Assembly: GCA_050953425.1 (NCBI GenBank)
Contig: JBMNMQ010000007.1
Location: 232,408 to 296,407, forward strand
DNA: 64,000 nucleotides
Reading direction: 5' to 3'
Source: Anaerovoracaceae bacterium
GTDB taxonomy: Bacteria > Bacillota > Clostridia > Peptostreptococcales > Anaerovoracaceae
Positions 9,504 through 18,150 of this stretch are shown here, one piece after another (position 1 is the first letter of the stretch; each line of letters starts with the position of its first letter). The notes under the pieces were generated by a model that had not been told where the DNA came from, ran no database searches, and saw only the letters and a list, made by a program, of their open reading frames with translations. The position numbers and the translations under genes were made by a program.

Positions 9504-10004
9504 TCAGGGTTCCGTGGAATCCCGGCTTTTTTCACTGTCGCCGGATTTCTCTCCGGCCTTCGCGTTCTCCTTCAGCGCGCTGCGCAGATTGTCGAGCGCC
9601 ATGGCGATCAGCCGGCGGAAGGTCGTGACCTGTTCTTCGGTCATGCCGCTGGTGAGGATCTGCTCGTATTCTTCTTTTTTCTGATTCAGAACCGGAATGA
9701 TGGCTTCTCCCTTTTCCGAGAGCATGAGCTGATAACGGCGCTTGTCGGCGGGATCCGGCCGGCGCGTTACATAGCCTTCGTCGATCAGAGAACGGGTCAT
9801 GCGGGCCACGGCACCTTTGTTGTAGCCGAGGCGCTGGGAAATCTCATCCTGGCTGAAGCCGGGGTGCCGGGCGATCGTCAGCAGCAGGACCGGATGACTG
9901 ATGTCGAACACGGCACTGCTTTCATCGTGTCCGCTGCGGATGTATTTGGTGCTGCCGCGGTGCAGCAGGGATAAATCGTTGAATATGGTTGTCCTGGTAC
10001 TCAT
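9504..10004 (-). CDS. MarR-family transcriptional regulator
   Basis: I chose an internal start at MSTRTTIF... with an aggagg RBS; the track ORF over-extends through a GC-rich upstream region. Winged-helix signature (GYNKGAVARMTRSLIDEGYVTRRPDPADKR). Confidence 0.8.
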   Translation of the reverse strand: MSTRTTIFNDLSLLHRGSTKYIRSGHDESSAVFDISHPVLLLTIARHPGFSQDEISQRLGYNKGAVARMTRSLIDEGYVTRRPDPADKRRYQLMLSEKGEAIIPVLNQKKEEYEQILTSGMTEEQVTTFRRLIAMALDNLRSALKENAKAGEKSGDSEKSRDSTEP

Positions 10005-10498
10005 GCTGTTTCCTCCTGTAAAGCGGCGGGAATCGGGCGGGGCCGTCAGATCCGGCGCGGCCGCAAAGTGTTTGCCGCCGCAACTATTATAACGCAGGGA
10101 AGAAATGGTTGTCAAGTCAACAATGCATTTTGCGGCTTTCCGGATTTTCGCACGGCCGTCCCGTGCGCCTTCCTGTTTGCCCGCGCTTCCCGCGCGGCTT
10201 CTCCGCGGCCGGCGCAGATTGCGCCGGTTTGCGCCGTCGTCCACGCCGTCCCGCGACTGTCGAAGCAGCCGCATCCTCGCGGATCTTAGATCTTCGCGGC
10301 AGACGGCCTCGAAGCGCGCACAACCAGGGGACGGGGCATCAACCCGCTTTTTCACTCTGTGACCGGTCACCCCAGTTAACAGTAGAAAGCGCCGCGTGAA
10401 TGTCTTATAATAAGATTGGTATCGGCGTTTCAGCCTGTTTTCAGAGCCCGATGCGAAAATAAGCGGGCAGCAGGACAAAACACGCACAGGAGGCGTTC

Positions 10499-11185
10499 AT
10501 GATCTTGGAAAAAACGGATTCCTTTACTCTGGAACTGACAGGCATCCCCGAGCCGCTGCGGCCGATGGCCGAGGAGGCGCAGAAATTTGTCGAAGTGCGC
10601 AATGTCTACCATTCGGCGATTCGGGAAGTCAGCACTAAGCTGGAGATCCTCGACGACGAGTTCGAAGCGCGCAACGACTACAACCCGATTCATCATATGG
10701 AGAGCCGGGTCAAATCGATCCAGAGTATCTTTGAAAAGCTCGAGCGCAAGGGACGCCCGCTGACGATCGACGGCATCCGCACGCTGACGGACATTGCCGG
10801 CATCCGGGTGATCTGCAACTATATCGACGACATCTATACCATCGCCGATCTCCTGCTCAAGCAGGATGATATCGAGCTGGTTCGGGAAAAGGATTACATC
10901 GCGCATCCGAAGGAAAGCGGCTATCGCAGTCTGCATCTGGTGGTGATCGTGCCCGTCTTCCTCGCCGAGCGCACGGAAAAAATCCCGGTGGAGATTCAGA
11001 TCCGCACCATCGCGATGGATACCTGGGCTTCGCTGGAACACGAACTCAAATACAAGAACAAGGGCAGTATCAGCGAGGCGGCGCAGCGCGAACTGCAGCA
11101 GTGCGCCGAAGCGGTGGCGGACATCGACCGGCGGATGCAGCGCATCCATCGGGAGATGGGTCTGCAGAGTGAAGAAGCGGGTTGA
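10499..11185 (+). CDS. relQ: Small alarmone synthetase (RelQ/YjbM-like GTP pyrophosphokinase)
   Basis: 228 aa. RelA/SpoT synthetase-domain motifs (DIAGIRVICNY, GYRSLHLVV, EIQIRT). Its size and sequence are housekeeping RelQ-like. Confidence 0.85.
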   Translation: MILEKTDSFTLELTGIPEPLRPMAEEAQKFVEVRNVYHSAIREVSTKLEILDDEFEARNDYNPIHHMESRVKSIQSIFEKLERKGRPLTIDGIRTLTDIAGIRVICNYIDDIYTIADLLLKQDDIELVREKDYIAHPKESGYRSLHLVVIVPVFLAERTEKIPVEIQIRTIAMDTWASLEHELKYKNKGSISEAAQRELQQCAEAVADIDRRMQRIHREMGLQSEEAG

Positions 11186-11278
11186 CGATGCCCCCGGGCC
11201 GGCCGCGGAGGACGGCTGCGGAGTGTATCATGAATTGGCCTGCCGGCAGGCGCCGGCAGCGGGAAAGGGTGAAAGAAG

Positions 11279-11728
11279 ATGAATTTTTTCGGCGGCAGAT
11301 ACGGCAATGACCAGCTCGGCGTCTTTCTGATGATCGTCTCGATCATCTGCGAGATCGCCGGTGCGCTGGCCCATCTGCGCATTTTATACTATCTGGGTGT
11401 GCTTCTCTTTGTCCTGATGTTTGCGCGTATGTTTTCCCGCAATATCTACCGCCGGCAGGCGGAAAACGAGCGGTTCATGCTCTTCTGGAACCGCATCCGC
11501 AACTGGAACTACTTCCGGCGGCAGCGCCGCGAGCAGAAGCGGCAGCAGCAGAACGGCACCTACTATTACGATGAAAAGGAACGCGCCCGCAACGGCCGCG
11601 GCGGAAAGACAGTGTACTGCTACTATTACTGTCCGTCCTGCCGGCAGCAGGTCCGCATTCCGGCGGGCAAGGGAAAGGTGAAGGTGACCTGCCCGCGCTG
11701 CGGTACGGTGTTCGACGCGATCAGCTGA
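11279..11728 (+). CDS. Membrane protein with a C-terminal zinc ribbon (hypothetical)
   Basis: 149 aa. Two predicted TM helices, a basic linker, then CPSC...x18...CPRC. Confidence 0.5.
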   Translation: MNFFGGRYGNDQLGVFLMIVSIICEIAGALAHLRILYYLGVLLFVLMFARMFSRNIYRRQAENERFMLFWNRIRNWNYFRRQRREQKRQQQNGTYYYDEKERARNGRGGKTVYCYYYCPSCRQQVRIPAGKGKVKVTCPRCGTVFDAIS

Positions 11729-11871
11729 GCGTGCCGGTAAACGGCGCTTGGCCCTGTCTGTGCGTTCGGGCCGCATTCGGGCCGCATTCGGGCCGGCTGC
11801 AGCGGATGCACCCGGCCGCCTGATCAGGCCGTCTCTGCGGGTGATCTTCCGGTGCCTGCCCCGGCTGTCCG

Positions 11872-12066
11872 TTATTTTTCCTCCAGCGATTTTTCCACCT
11901 CGTCCATGCGCCCCAGCACCAGTTCTTCGGGCAGGCTGACCTGCCCGCATTTGGGACAGCGGGGTACCTTGTGGCGAAAGTTCTTGTTGAGATAGGTGAA
12001 CTGGACGTCGATCTCCTCCAGCTCCACTTTGCACCGGTCACACAATAATTTCCGTTTTTCTGCCAT
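11872..12066 (-). CDS. YgiT-type (MqsA N-terminal-like) zinc-finger protein, 64 aa
   Basis: CDRC...x20...CPKCGQ with a spacing that matches the YgiT-type finger family as I recall it. A strong RBS (ggaggagg) is present, and the ATG lies 29 nt inside the 3' end of the upstream 761-aa gene, so the two are translationally coupled. Confidence 0.6.
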   Translation of the reverse strand: MAEKRKLLCDRCKVELEEIDVQFTYLNKNFRHKVPRCPKCGQVSLPEELVLGRMDEVEKSLEEK

Positions 12067-14323
12067 TGAAGACCTCCTCCAGTTCGATGTGCATGCGATG
12101 CGTGTAGAGATTGACGATCGTGTAAGTATCGCCGTCGACGGCGTATTCGACCCAGCAGGTGATGCTGCCGAGTTCGCGGTAGCATTTGTAATGCCCGTTT
12201 TCCGGATCGACCGTGCGGCGGCCGTGCTGTTCGCCGACGTCGAGGACGTCGCAGAGATCCGATTCGAGCAGGCGCAGGCCGTCCATCTTTTTCTGCACCT
12301 CCGGCGGGATCACCAGCCGGTAGCGGCTGGCGGCCGGCTTTTCTTTCATTTCCATGTTCAGCACCTCTTTCATCAGCCGTTCCTTGACGATGACCTTGTT
12401 GCGGCGGCGCTGCGTCTCCGTCGGCGGCTCGGCGCTGTCGTCGCTGTCGACGTCGAAGAGCGCGCCGAGGATGTGACGCACCGGTTTGCCGTGGTCGCGG
12501 AAGATATCGCGGCAGTTGATGCAGTAGACGAGATAGGGATCGTCCGACTGCGCGGCACGCTTTTCGTTGACGTAATCGACGTATTCATCGTCGGCGATCA
12601 GCGGAATGCCGCCGTAGCCGCAGCAGCCGGGCGGGCCGGGCAGCTCGTCGAGCGTTTCCGCGGAAGCCGCGGCCAGCTCGCGCACGGCCGCTTTCATGCC
12701 CTCGTCGTGGCGTGCCTGGCAGGGGTCAAAGACCGCCCAGTGTCCCGGCAGCGTCCCGCCGGCGGGGGTCTCAAAGCCCTCGTCCCGCAGCACTTCGTAG
12801 AGCGAAATCAGCGGGATCTGCGGCAGGTAGTCGCGCAGGTGCTGCATGCAGGAAGGGCAGGCGACGATCAGCTGCGGTGAGCCGATCGCTTCCCATTCCT
12901 GCCGCAGTTTGTCGATTTCCTCCTCGTGCAGGTCCTCCTCGCCGGCCCAGTCCGCGGGGATGCCGCAGCAGCGCAGCAGCAGACCGGTGCCCGGCGCGTG
13001 TTCGCGCAGCCACAGATAGGGCCGGATCACGTAGTCGGGATGAGCGCTGCCGAGCCAGCAGCCGGGGAAGAAGGCGCGCGCCCGGCCGCCGGCGACGTCT
13101 TCCCGCGGCTGCGGCGCGATCGAGAGGGCGGCGCAGGGACCGTTGGAGAACTCCATGTCGCGGATCCAGAACTGGTGCCAGCCGCCCGGTGTCTTGTTCT
13201 GCTGGTGCAGCAGATAGCGGGACTCCTTGAGCATGCTGTCGAGGTCGATGCCGGCCGGGCAGACTTCCTCGAAAATGCCGGTCTGGTTGCCGGTGCTGAT
13301 CAGCCGCTTGGCCGGGCTCTTGGAGACCAGCGACTCGCCGGCTTTGGTGGAAAAGAGGATATCGTCGCGCATTTCCCGCGGCCACTTGCCCATGTAGGGG
13401 GAGAGGTCACAGTAGACCTGACAGGGATTGCAGCGGCAGCGCAGACAGCGCTGTGCCTCGGCCCGGGCTTCCTCATCCGTAAAGAGACCGTTCTCGCCGC
13501 TCGCCGCCACTGCCAGCGCGGATTCCGTGAAGCTGGTGTCGAAGACGATTTTGGTCGGTTCCGGCGGCTGCGGAAAGACACCGCGGCCGGTGCGGAAGAA
13601 GTAGTCGATCGCCTCGGCGGCACGGATGCCGAAGGCCATCGCGTGGAGCGCATCGAGTCCGTGGACGCCGCCGCCGGCGAGGATAAAGCGCCCGCCTTCT
13701 TCAAAGACGCTCTCTTCAATGCCGAAATCGCTGCCGCCCGCGCCGGTGGCAATGAGGACGGCGTCAAAGTCGTCGACTTCTTCGAGCGAGGTGATTTCCC
13801 GGTCGCTGCGCAGTTCGTATTCTTCGTATTTGAACTGCAGCGCCAGATCGGCTTCAACCAGTTCCTCCGGCAGCTGTTCGTAGAGAGAGCCGCCGACCCG
13901 GCTGCCGCGCTCAAAGATCGTGACGGCGTATTTCTGCGCGGCCAGTTTGATCGTACAGGCCAGACCGGCAGCGCCGCCGCCGATGACGGCTGCGGTTTTC
14001 TTGCGTGCGGGCAGATTCAGCTCCGGCGGATCCTTGCGGCGGGCACCGGCGAGGCAGGTCTGCTCGAGTCGGTGCAGCTGCACCGGATCGTCGAGCTTGC
14101 TGCGGACGCAGGCCTGCTCGCAGATGCCGGGACAGAGCGCACTGGCGATGGCCGGAAACGCCATCGCCTTGCGCAGCTCCTTGTAGGCCGGATTATAGCG
14201 TCCGGCCTTCATCTTGTCCTGAAAGGCGAGGACGTTGACGCGGAACGGACAGGCGTCCTCGCAGAACGGCGGTTCGCTCTGCAGGCAGTGGTCAAACTGG
14301 TTGTAATAGGTCTCTACGGCCAT
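12038..14323 (-). CDS. Multi-domain iron-sulfur flavoprotein: GltD/PreT-like N-terminal Fe-S plus FAD/NAD(P) domain, 2x[4Fe-4S] ferredoxin, two HdrD-type CCG cysteine-rich domains, and a C-terminal DUF4258-like domain
   Basis: 761 aa, one continuous frame. Motifs: CPGICEQAC (GltD-like), the Rossmann motif AAVIGGGAAGLA, CLRCRCNPCQVYC and VCPAGID (ferredoxin), FFPGC..RCCG..ACPSC and FDPC..GCCG..YCINC (CCG domains). The C-terminal ~100 aa resembles the DUF4258 fold pattern. Confidence 0.75.
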   Translation of the reverse strand: MAVETYYNQFDHCLQSEPPFCEDACPFRVNVLAFQDKMKAGRYNPAYKELRKAMAFPAIASALCPGICEQACVRSKLDDPVQLHRLEQTCLAGARRKDPPELNLPARKKTAAVIGGGAAGLACTIKLAAQKYAVTIFERGSRVGGSLYEQLPEELVEADLALQFKYEEYELRSDREITSLEEVDDFDAVLIATGAGGSDFGIEESVFEEGGRFILAGGGVHGLDALHAMAFGIRAAEAIDYFFRTGRGVFPQPPEPTKIVFDTSFTESALAVAASGENGLFTDEEARAEAQRCLRCRCNPCQVYCDLSPYMGKWPREMRDDILFSTKAGESLVSKSPAKRLISTGNQTGIFEEVCPAGIDLDSMLKESRYLLHQQNKTPGGWHQFWIRDMEFSNGPCAALSIAPQPREDVAGGRARAFFPGCWLGSAHPDYVIRPYLWLREHAPGTGLLLRCCGIPADWAGEEDLHEEEIDKLRQEWEAIGSPQLIVACPSCMQHLRDYLPQIPLISLYEVLRDEGFETPAGGTLPGHWAVFDPCQARHDEGMKAAVRELAAASAETLDELPGPPGCCGYGGIPLIADDEYVDYVNEKRAAQSDDPYLVYCINCRDIFRDHGKPVRHILGALFDVDSDDSAEPPTETQRRRNKVIVKERLMKEVLNMEMKEKPAASRYRLVIPPEVQKKMDGLRLLESDLCDVLDVGEQHGRRTVDPENGHYKCYRELGSITCWVEYAVDGDTYTIVNLYTHRMHIELEEVFNGRKTEIIV

Positions 14324-14392
14324 CCCCTTTTTCCTCCTTCAAAAAATCTGCAGACCGCCGGAAGCGGTCTGCAGAGCACGTTAGTGAATTCT

Positions 14393-17269
14393 TTATTCGT
14401 CGGTCTTGATCGGATTCGCCTTGATGTTTTCGACTTCTTCCCAGAAATCGGAACCGAGGAAGTACTTCTTCGGCTTGAGCGGATCCTTTTCGCCCTTGGC
14501 CATCGCTTCGAGTCCGGCCTTGACCTTCGCCGGTGTTGCCGGGATTTCATAGACGCGCAGGCCGGTCGCGTTGTTGATCGCGTTGATGACGGCCATGTGG
14601 TCTGCCGACTGGAACGCTTCGGAAGCGCCGGAGGAACCGAACGGCCCTCTCTCGTCGTAGGCGTCGATGCCGATGTTGACGAGTTTGTCGGGAACATCCT
14701 TGATCGTCGGGACGCCGCAGCGGACCATGTTGTTGTCCTTCTTGACGTCTTCGTAGTTTTCACTGAGCGCGAAGCCGATCGCGTGCGAGACGCCGCCGTT
14801 GATCTGGCCTTCGACGGACTGACTGTTGCCCGGTCTGCCGATCCAGTAGACGGTGGTCATGCCGAGAACCTGCGTCTTGCCGGTCTTGACGTCGACTTCG
14901 ACTTCCGACATGAACAGCGAATAGGTATAGGCATAGGTCGGGTTGCCGGAACCGTCGTTCGGGTCGAGGTCGCAGAAGTAGTCCCATTCGCTGCGGGTGG
15001 TCCAGTTGCCCTCGTAGCGGGTCGGAATGCCTTCGTCGATCATTTCCTGATAGGTCCGGTAGGTGCCGTCCTCTTTGCGCATCGCGTTGGCGAGATTTTC
15101 CGCGGCCAGGATCGAGGCCTTGCCGTTGGCAAAGTGCGATCTGGAGCCGGCCGACTCGCCGGTGTTCGGACAGTACTTGCTGTCGTCCTGAACGAGGCGG
15201 ACGCAGTCCGGCGTGATGTCCGGGAAGTACGGCCGCAGCGCTTCCAGCGTGCAGACGAGGGAACCGGCGTCGCCGCCCTGTCCCTGATCCTGCCAGGTGT
15301 CGTATTTGACGAATTTCATGTCGCCCTCGAGTTCGATGGCGACGTTGGCTTCATCGACGTCACCGAGGCCGACGTTGTAGCCGCCCCAGGCGATGCCGAC
15401 GCCGCGACGCTTCTCCGGCGTGTCCTCGGCCTTGGCCCTGGCCACCGCTTCATCGTACAGCGGCTTCAGCTTCTTCATCATCTCTTCCATCGGGTACTGC
15501 AGGAACGGGTACTGGTTGAGGTTGTCCTGCCCCGGACGGGCGATGTTTCTCCAGCGGAACTCCCACGGATCGATGCCCGCCTTCTCGGCCAGCATGTCGA
15601 CCAGCGCTTCGCTGGCGGTGTAGGCCTGCGGTGCGCCGTAGCCGCGGTAGGCGGTGCCGAAGCAGTGGTTGGTGATGGCCACGCGAGCCAGACCTGCCGC
15701 ATTCGGGATATAATATGGATAGAACATGAAGCGAAGGATCTTGGTCAGCTTGTCGTCGCCCAGTTCCGGATAGGCACCGTGGTCGAGTCCGGCGTCGAAT
15801 TCGCCGGCCGTAAAGTGACCGTCCTTGTCGCAGGCGAGCTTGCCGTTGATGTAGCACGGCGAGCGCTTGCCGGACAGAGCCATGAAGGTGGCGTAGTCCA
15901 TGCCGATCGCGCACGGCTTGCCGGTGACCTTGGTGGCGATGCCGGCCATCGCATAGCTGTAGGCGGACATCGCCCAGCCGAACGAACCGCCGGTCGGGTT
16001 TTCGATGACGCGCAGCTTTTCGACCGGGATGCCGATCGCTTCGGCCATATCGTCGCGGTCAAAGTAGAGCGTCATGGTCTTGCAGTGGACGCAGAGGTTG
16101 TCGTCCTCGTCGTAGTAGGCCTGAATGGTATCGCCCTCGATGGAGCAGTGCGGCTCACGAGAGGAGTAGAAGCTGCCCTCGACGCTGTAGGCGGAGTCGT
16201 CGATGATGTCTTCGAGGTGTTCGTGGTCACCCTTCAGCACCGGCTGGATCGAGTAGATGTTCTGATCCATCGACGGGTGAATCGGCTTGGCGTCCGGTGC
16301 GACCGCTTCCAGATAGCTCATGTACTCCGGCAGCTGCTCGATTTCGACCTTGACTTTGGCGGCCGCCGCTTCGGCGTGCTTTCTGGTGTCGGCCGCGACC
16401 ATCGCGACAACGTCGCCGTAGCTGTAGATTTTCTTATCCTGAAGGATGGTATGGATCTGATCGAATTCCACGGTCCGCGGCGAGAACGTGTAAGCCATCA
16501 GGCGGTTGGCGCCGGGAACATCCTTGGCGGTGATAACCTTGTAGACGCCGGGCATCTTTTCCGCTTCGCTGTAATCGATCTTCTTGATGTTGGCGTGGCT
16601 GGTAATGCGCGGCTGTACCAGAGCAACCTTGAGGGTCTCGGCCGGCATGTGCAGCTCGACGTCGTCACCGTAGTCGCAGACGCCGCAGGCCTTGGCCATC
16701 GCGTTCGGACGAACCAGCGGCTTGCCGTAGAATCCGTCCTTGACGTCCTTGCTCCAGTCGTAGGTGATGTCTTCGTAGGTCTTTTCGCCTCTCATGATCG
16801 CGGCAGCGGCCATGACGGCGTCGACGATCTGCTTGTAGCCGGTGCAGCGGCAGATGTTGCGCTTTTTCTGGAACCAGTCTCTGACTTCTTCTCTGGTCGG
16901 ATCCGGGTTTTCCTCCAGCAGTGCATAGGCGGAAACGATGAAGCCCGGTACGCAGAAGCCGCACTGCACTGCGCCCAGATTGACCCAGGCATACTGCAGC
17001 GGATGCGGATGCCGCACGGTGCCGATGCCTTCGATGGTCAGCACTTCGCTGTATTCCTTGACATTCTTCATCTTCTTGGTGCAGGAACGTACAACTTTGC
17101 CGTCGAGAATGACGGAGCAGGAGCCGCAGACACCGGTACCGCAGCCGACCTTGGTCCCGGTCAGCCCGATGCGGCGCAGCACGTCGGACAGAGTGTCTTC
17201 CTGAGGATCACAGATAAACATGCGCTCGGCGCCATTGATCCTCAGAGTAAACTTGCTGTAGTTACTCAT
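14393..17269 (-). CDS. Molybdopterin-dependent aldehyde oxidoreductase (Mop-like; [2Fe-2S] domains fused to the xanthine-dehydrogenase-family Mo-binding subunit, no FAD subunit)
   Basis: 958 aa from the ATG at 17269 (ggagg RBS). The track's 963-aa ORF starts 5 codons earlier. N-terminus carries CGTGVCGSCSV and QCGFCVPGF..CRCTGY, the two [2Fe-2S] motifs. The rest is the Mo-binding aldehyde-oxidase / XDH-family domain. Confidence 0.85.
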   Translation of the reverse strand: MSNYSKFTLRINGAERMFICDPQEDTLSDVLRRIGLTGTKVGCGTGVCGSCSVILDGKVVRSCTKKMKNVKEYSEVLTIEGIGTVRHPHPLQYAWVNLGAVQCGFCVPGFIVSAYALLEENPDPTREEVRDWFQKKRNICRCTGYKQIVDAVMAAAAIMRGEKTYEDITYDWSKDVKDGFYGKPLVRPNAMAKACGVCDYGDDVELHMPAETLKVALVQPRITSHANIKKIDYSEAEKMPGVYKVITAKDVPGANRLMAYTFSPRTVEFDQIHTILQDKKIYSYGDVVAMVAADTRKHAEAAAAKVKVEIEQLPEYMSYLEAVAPDAKPIHPSMDQNIYSIQPVLKGDHEHLEDIIDDSAYSVEGSFYSSREPHCSIEGDTIQAYYDEDDNLCVHCKTMTLYFDRDDMAEAIGIPVEKLRVIENPTGGSFGWAMSAYSYAMAGIATKVTGKPCAIGMDYATFMALSGKRSPCYINGKLACDKDGHFTAGEFDAGLDHGAYPELGDDKLTKILRFMFYPYYIPNAAGLARVAITNHCFGTAYRGYGAPQAYTASEALVDMLAEKAGIDPWEFRWRNIARPGQDNLNQYPFLQYPMEEMMKKLKPLYDEAVARAKAEDTPEKRRGVGIAWGGYNVGLGDVDEANVAIELEGDMKFVKYDTWQDQGQGGDAGSLVCTLEALRPYFPDITPDCVRLVQDDSKYCPNTGESAGSRSHFANGKASILAAENLANAMRKEDGTYRTYQEMIDEGIPTRYEGNWTTRSEWDYFCDLDPNDGSGNPTYAYTYSLFMSEVEVDVKTGKTQVLGMTTVYWIGRPGNSQSVEGQINGGVSHAIGFALSENYEDVKKDNNMVRCGVPTIKDVPDKLVNIGIDAYDERGPFGSSGASEAFQSADHMAVINAINNATGLRVYEIPATPAKVKAGLEAMAKGEKDPLKPKKYFLGSDFWEEVENIKANPIKTDE

Positions 17270-17284
17270 GAATGTAGCCTCCAA

Positions 17285-17604
17285 ATCGATATGTTGGGTG
17301 ATAAAAATGATACGTTGTTACAGCTTACCGCGGCTGCGAAAACAAAAACCTCTGCGTTTGCAAAGGTTCTGGACAGCGTCCCAGACTGCCGGCTGTCAGC
17401 GGCCGCCGCGGGAGTTCGCATTTCTCCGATCCTTTCCAAACATAGCAGGTCGCTTCGCTTTCACGAAAGACCCGTCAAACTGCGTTCCTGGCATCCAGCG
17501 CTGCACAGCACGGGGACGCGGCAGATCCGTCAGTCTCGGATGCGATATGGTGGTTTTTTTTTGATACGCAAATAATCGCGAGTGCCTGTAACGTACTATT
17601 AAAT
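17285..17604 (-). promoter_or_regulatory. ~320-nt structured 5' leader (candidate Moco/Tuco-type riboswitch with a terminator expression platform)
   Basis: The long leader contains several hairpins (cuuucgugaaag, cggagaaaugcgaacuccc, cugggacgcuguccag) and the intrinsic terminator. The downstream genes encode a molybdoenzyme. Confidence 0.4.
17338..17370 (-). terminator. Intrinsic terminator inside the 5' leader of the aldehyde oxidoreductase operon
   Basis: Minus-strand RNA AACCUUUGC-AAAC-GCAGAGGUU followed by UUUUGUUUUC. A 9-bp stem with one G.U pair, about 70 nt upstream of the start codon. Confidence 0.7.
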
Positions 17605-17610
17605 ATACCA

Positions 17611-17640
17611 GTTATCTGCAGGAAACTCAACGCCTGCGGG
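17611..17640 (-). promoter_or_regulatory. Sigma-70-like promoter for the leader / aldehyde oxidoreductase operon
   Basis: On the minus strand: TTGAGT-17nt-TATATT. Confidence 0.4.
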
Positions 17641-17715
17641 CGAATCAATTTCAAGAAATGTGTATTAATTTTGAGAATTTTTGGAGAGGCAATGATATTG
17701 TTGCTGCACCAACAA

Positions 17716-17910
17716 TCATTTGACGGCGTAAAAGCGCAGCCAGCAGATAAACGCAAAGAGCAGGCCGCCGAAGATGGTGCGGGAAATGACGCCGTCCATA
17801 ATTGCCGGTACTTTCCAGAGCAGCAGTCCGACAGCCAGAGCAACCGGGATCAGGATGCCCCAGAATTTTTTGTGGTCAATTGGTCGCATTTGCGTTTTCC
17901 TCCGATCCAT
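17716..17910 (-). CDS. Small hydrophobic membrane protein (hypothetical)
   Basis: 64 aa with two predicted TM helices (ILIPVALAVGLLLW, FGGLLFAFICWL). An alternative internal start, MRPIDHKK, has a ggagga RBS. Confidence 0.4.
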   Translation of the reverse strand: MDRRKTQMRPIDHKKFWGILIPVALAVGLLLWKVPAIMDGVISRTIFGGLLFAFICWLRFYAVK

Positions 17911-17944
17911 TGTATTTTATAGTTTCAGGAGAGCAAAGTCAATG

Positions 17945-18150
17945 CAGGCGGCGGATTTTGCCGCAAATAATTATCCCGGCGGTTTCCGTCGTCAGCATCG
18001 CGGGGGAGAAGGAAGCACCGCAGACCATCCGTCCCGGCGGATAGCCGGGTTCCCTCCCCGCGCGGACTTTGCCCGAAAAACAAGTGCACTGCAGGGCGGC
18101 TGCCCGCCGGCGGCCGCGGGAGCGCTGCCCGAAACAGCGCAGGAGGCAGA
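17945..18150 (+). promoter_or_regulatory. Structured leader upstream of moeA (second candidate Moco-riboswitch-like element)
   Basis: Stem gcggcgga-tttt-gccgc, then a 10-bp closing stem cgcgggggag...ctccccgcg enclosing the hairpin cccggcggatagccggg. About 75 nt to the moeA ATG. Confidence 0.3.

Noticed and set aside
10499-11185. Toxic small alarmone synthetase (toxSAS) toxin-antitoxin module
   Set aside because: The sequence and size match the housekeeping RelQ/YjbM class, and there is no adjacent small antitoxin-like ORF.
12926-17575. 1549-aa ORF on the plus strand
   Set aside because: It is antisense to the Mo-enzyme and Fe-S flavoprotein genes, has no motifs, and shows high-GC shadow-frame composition.
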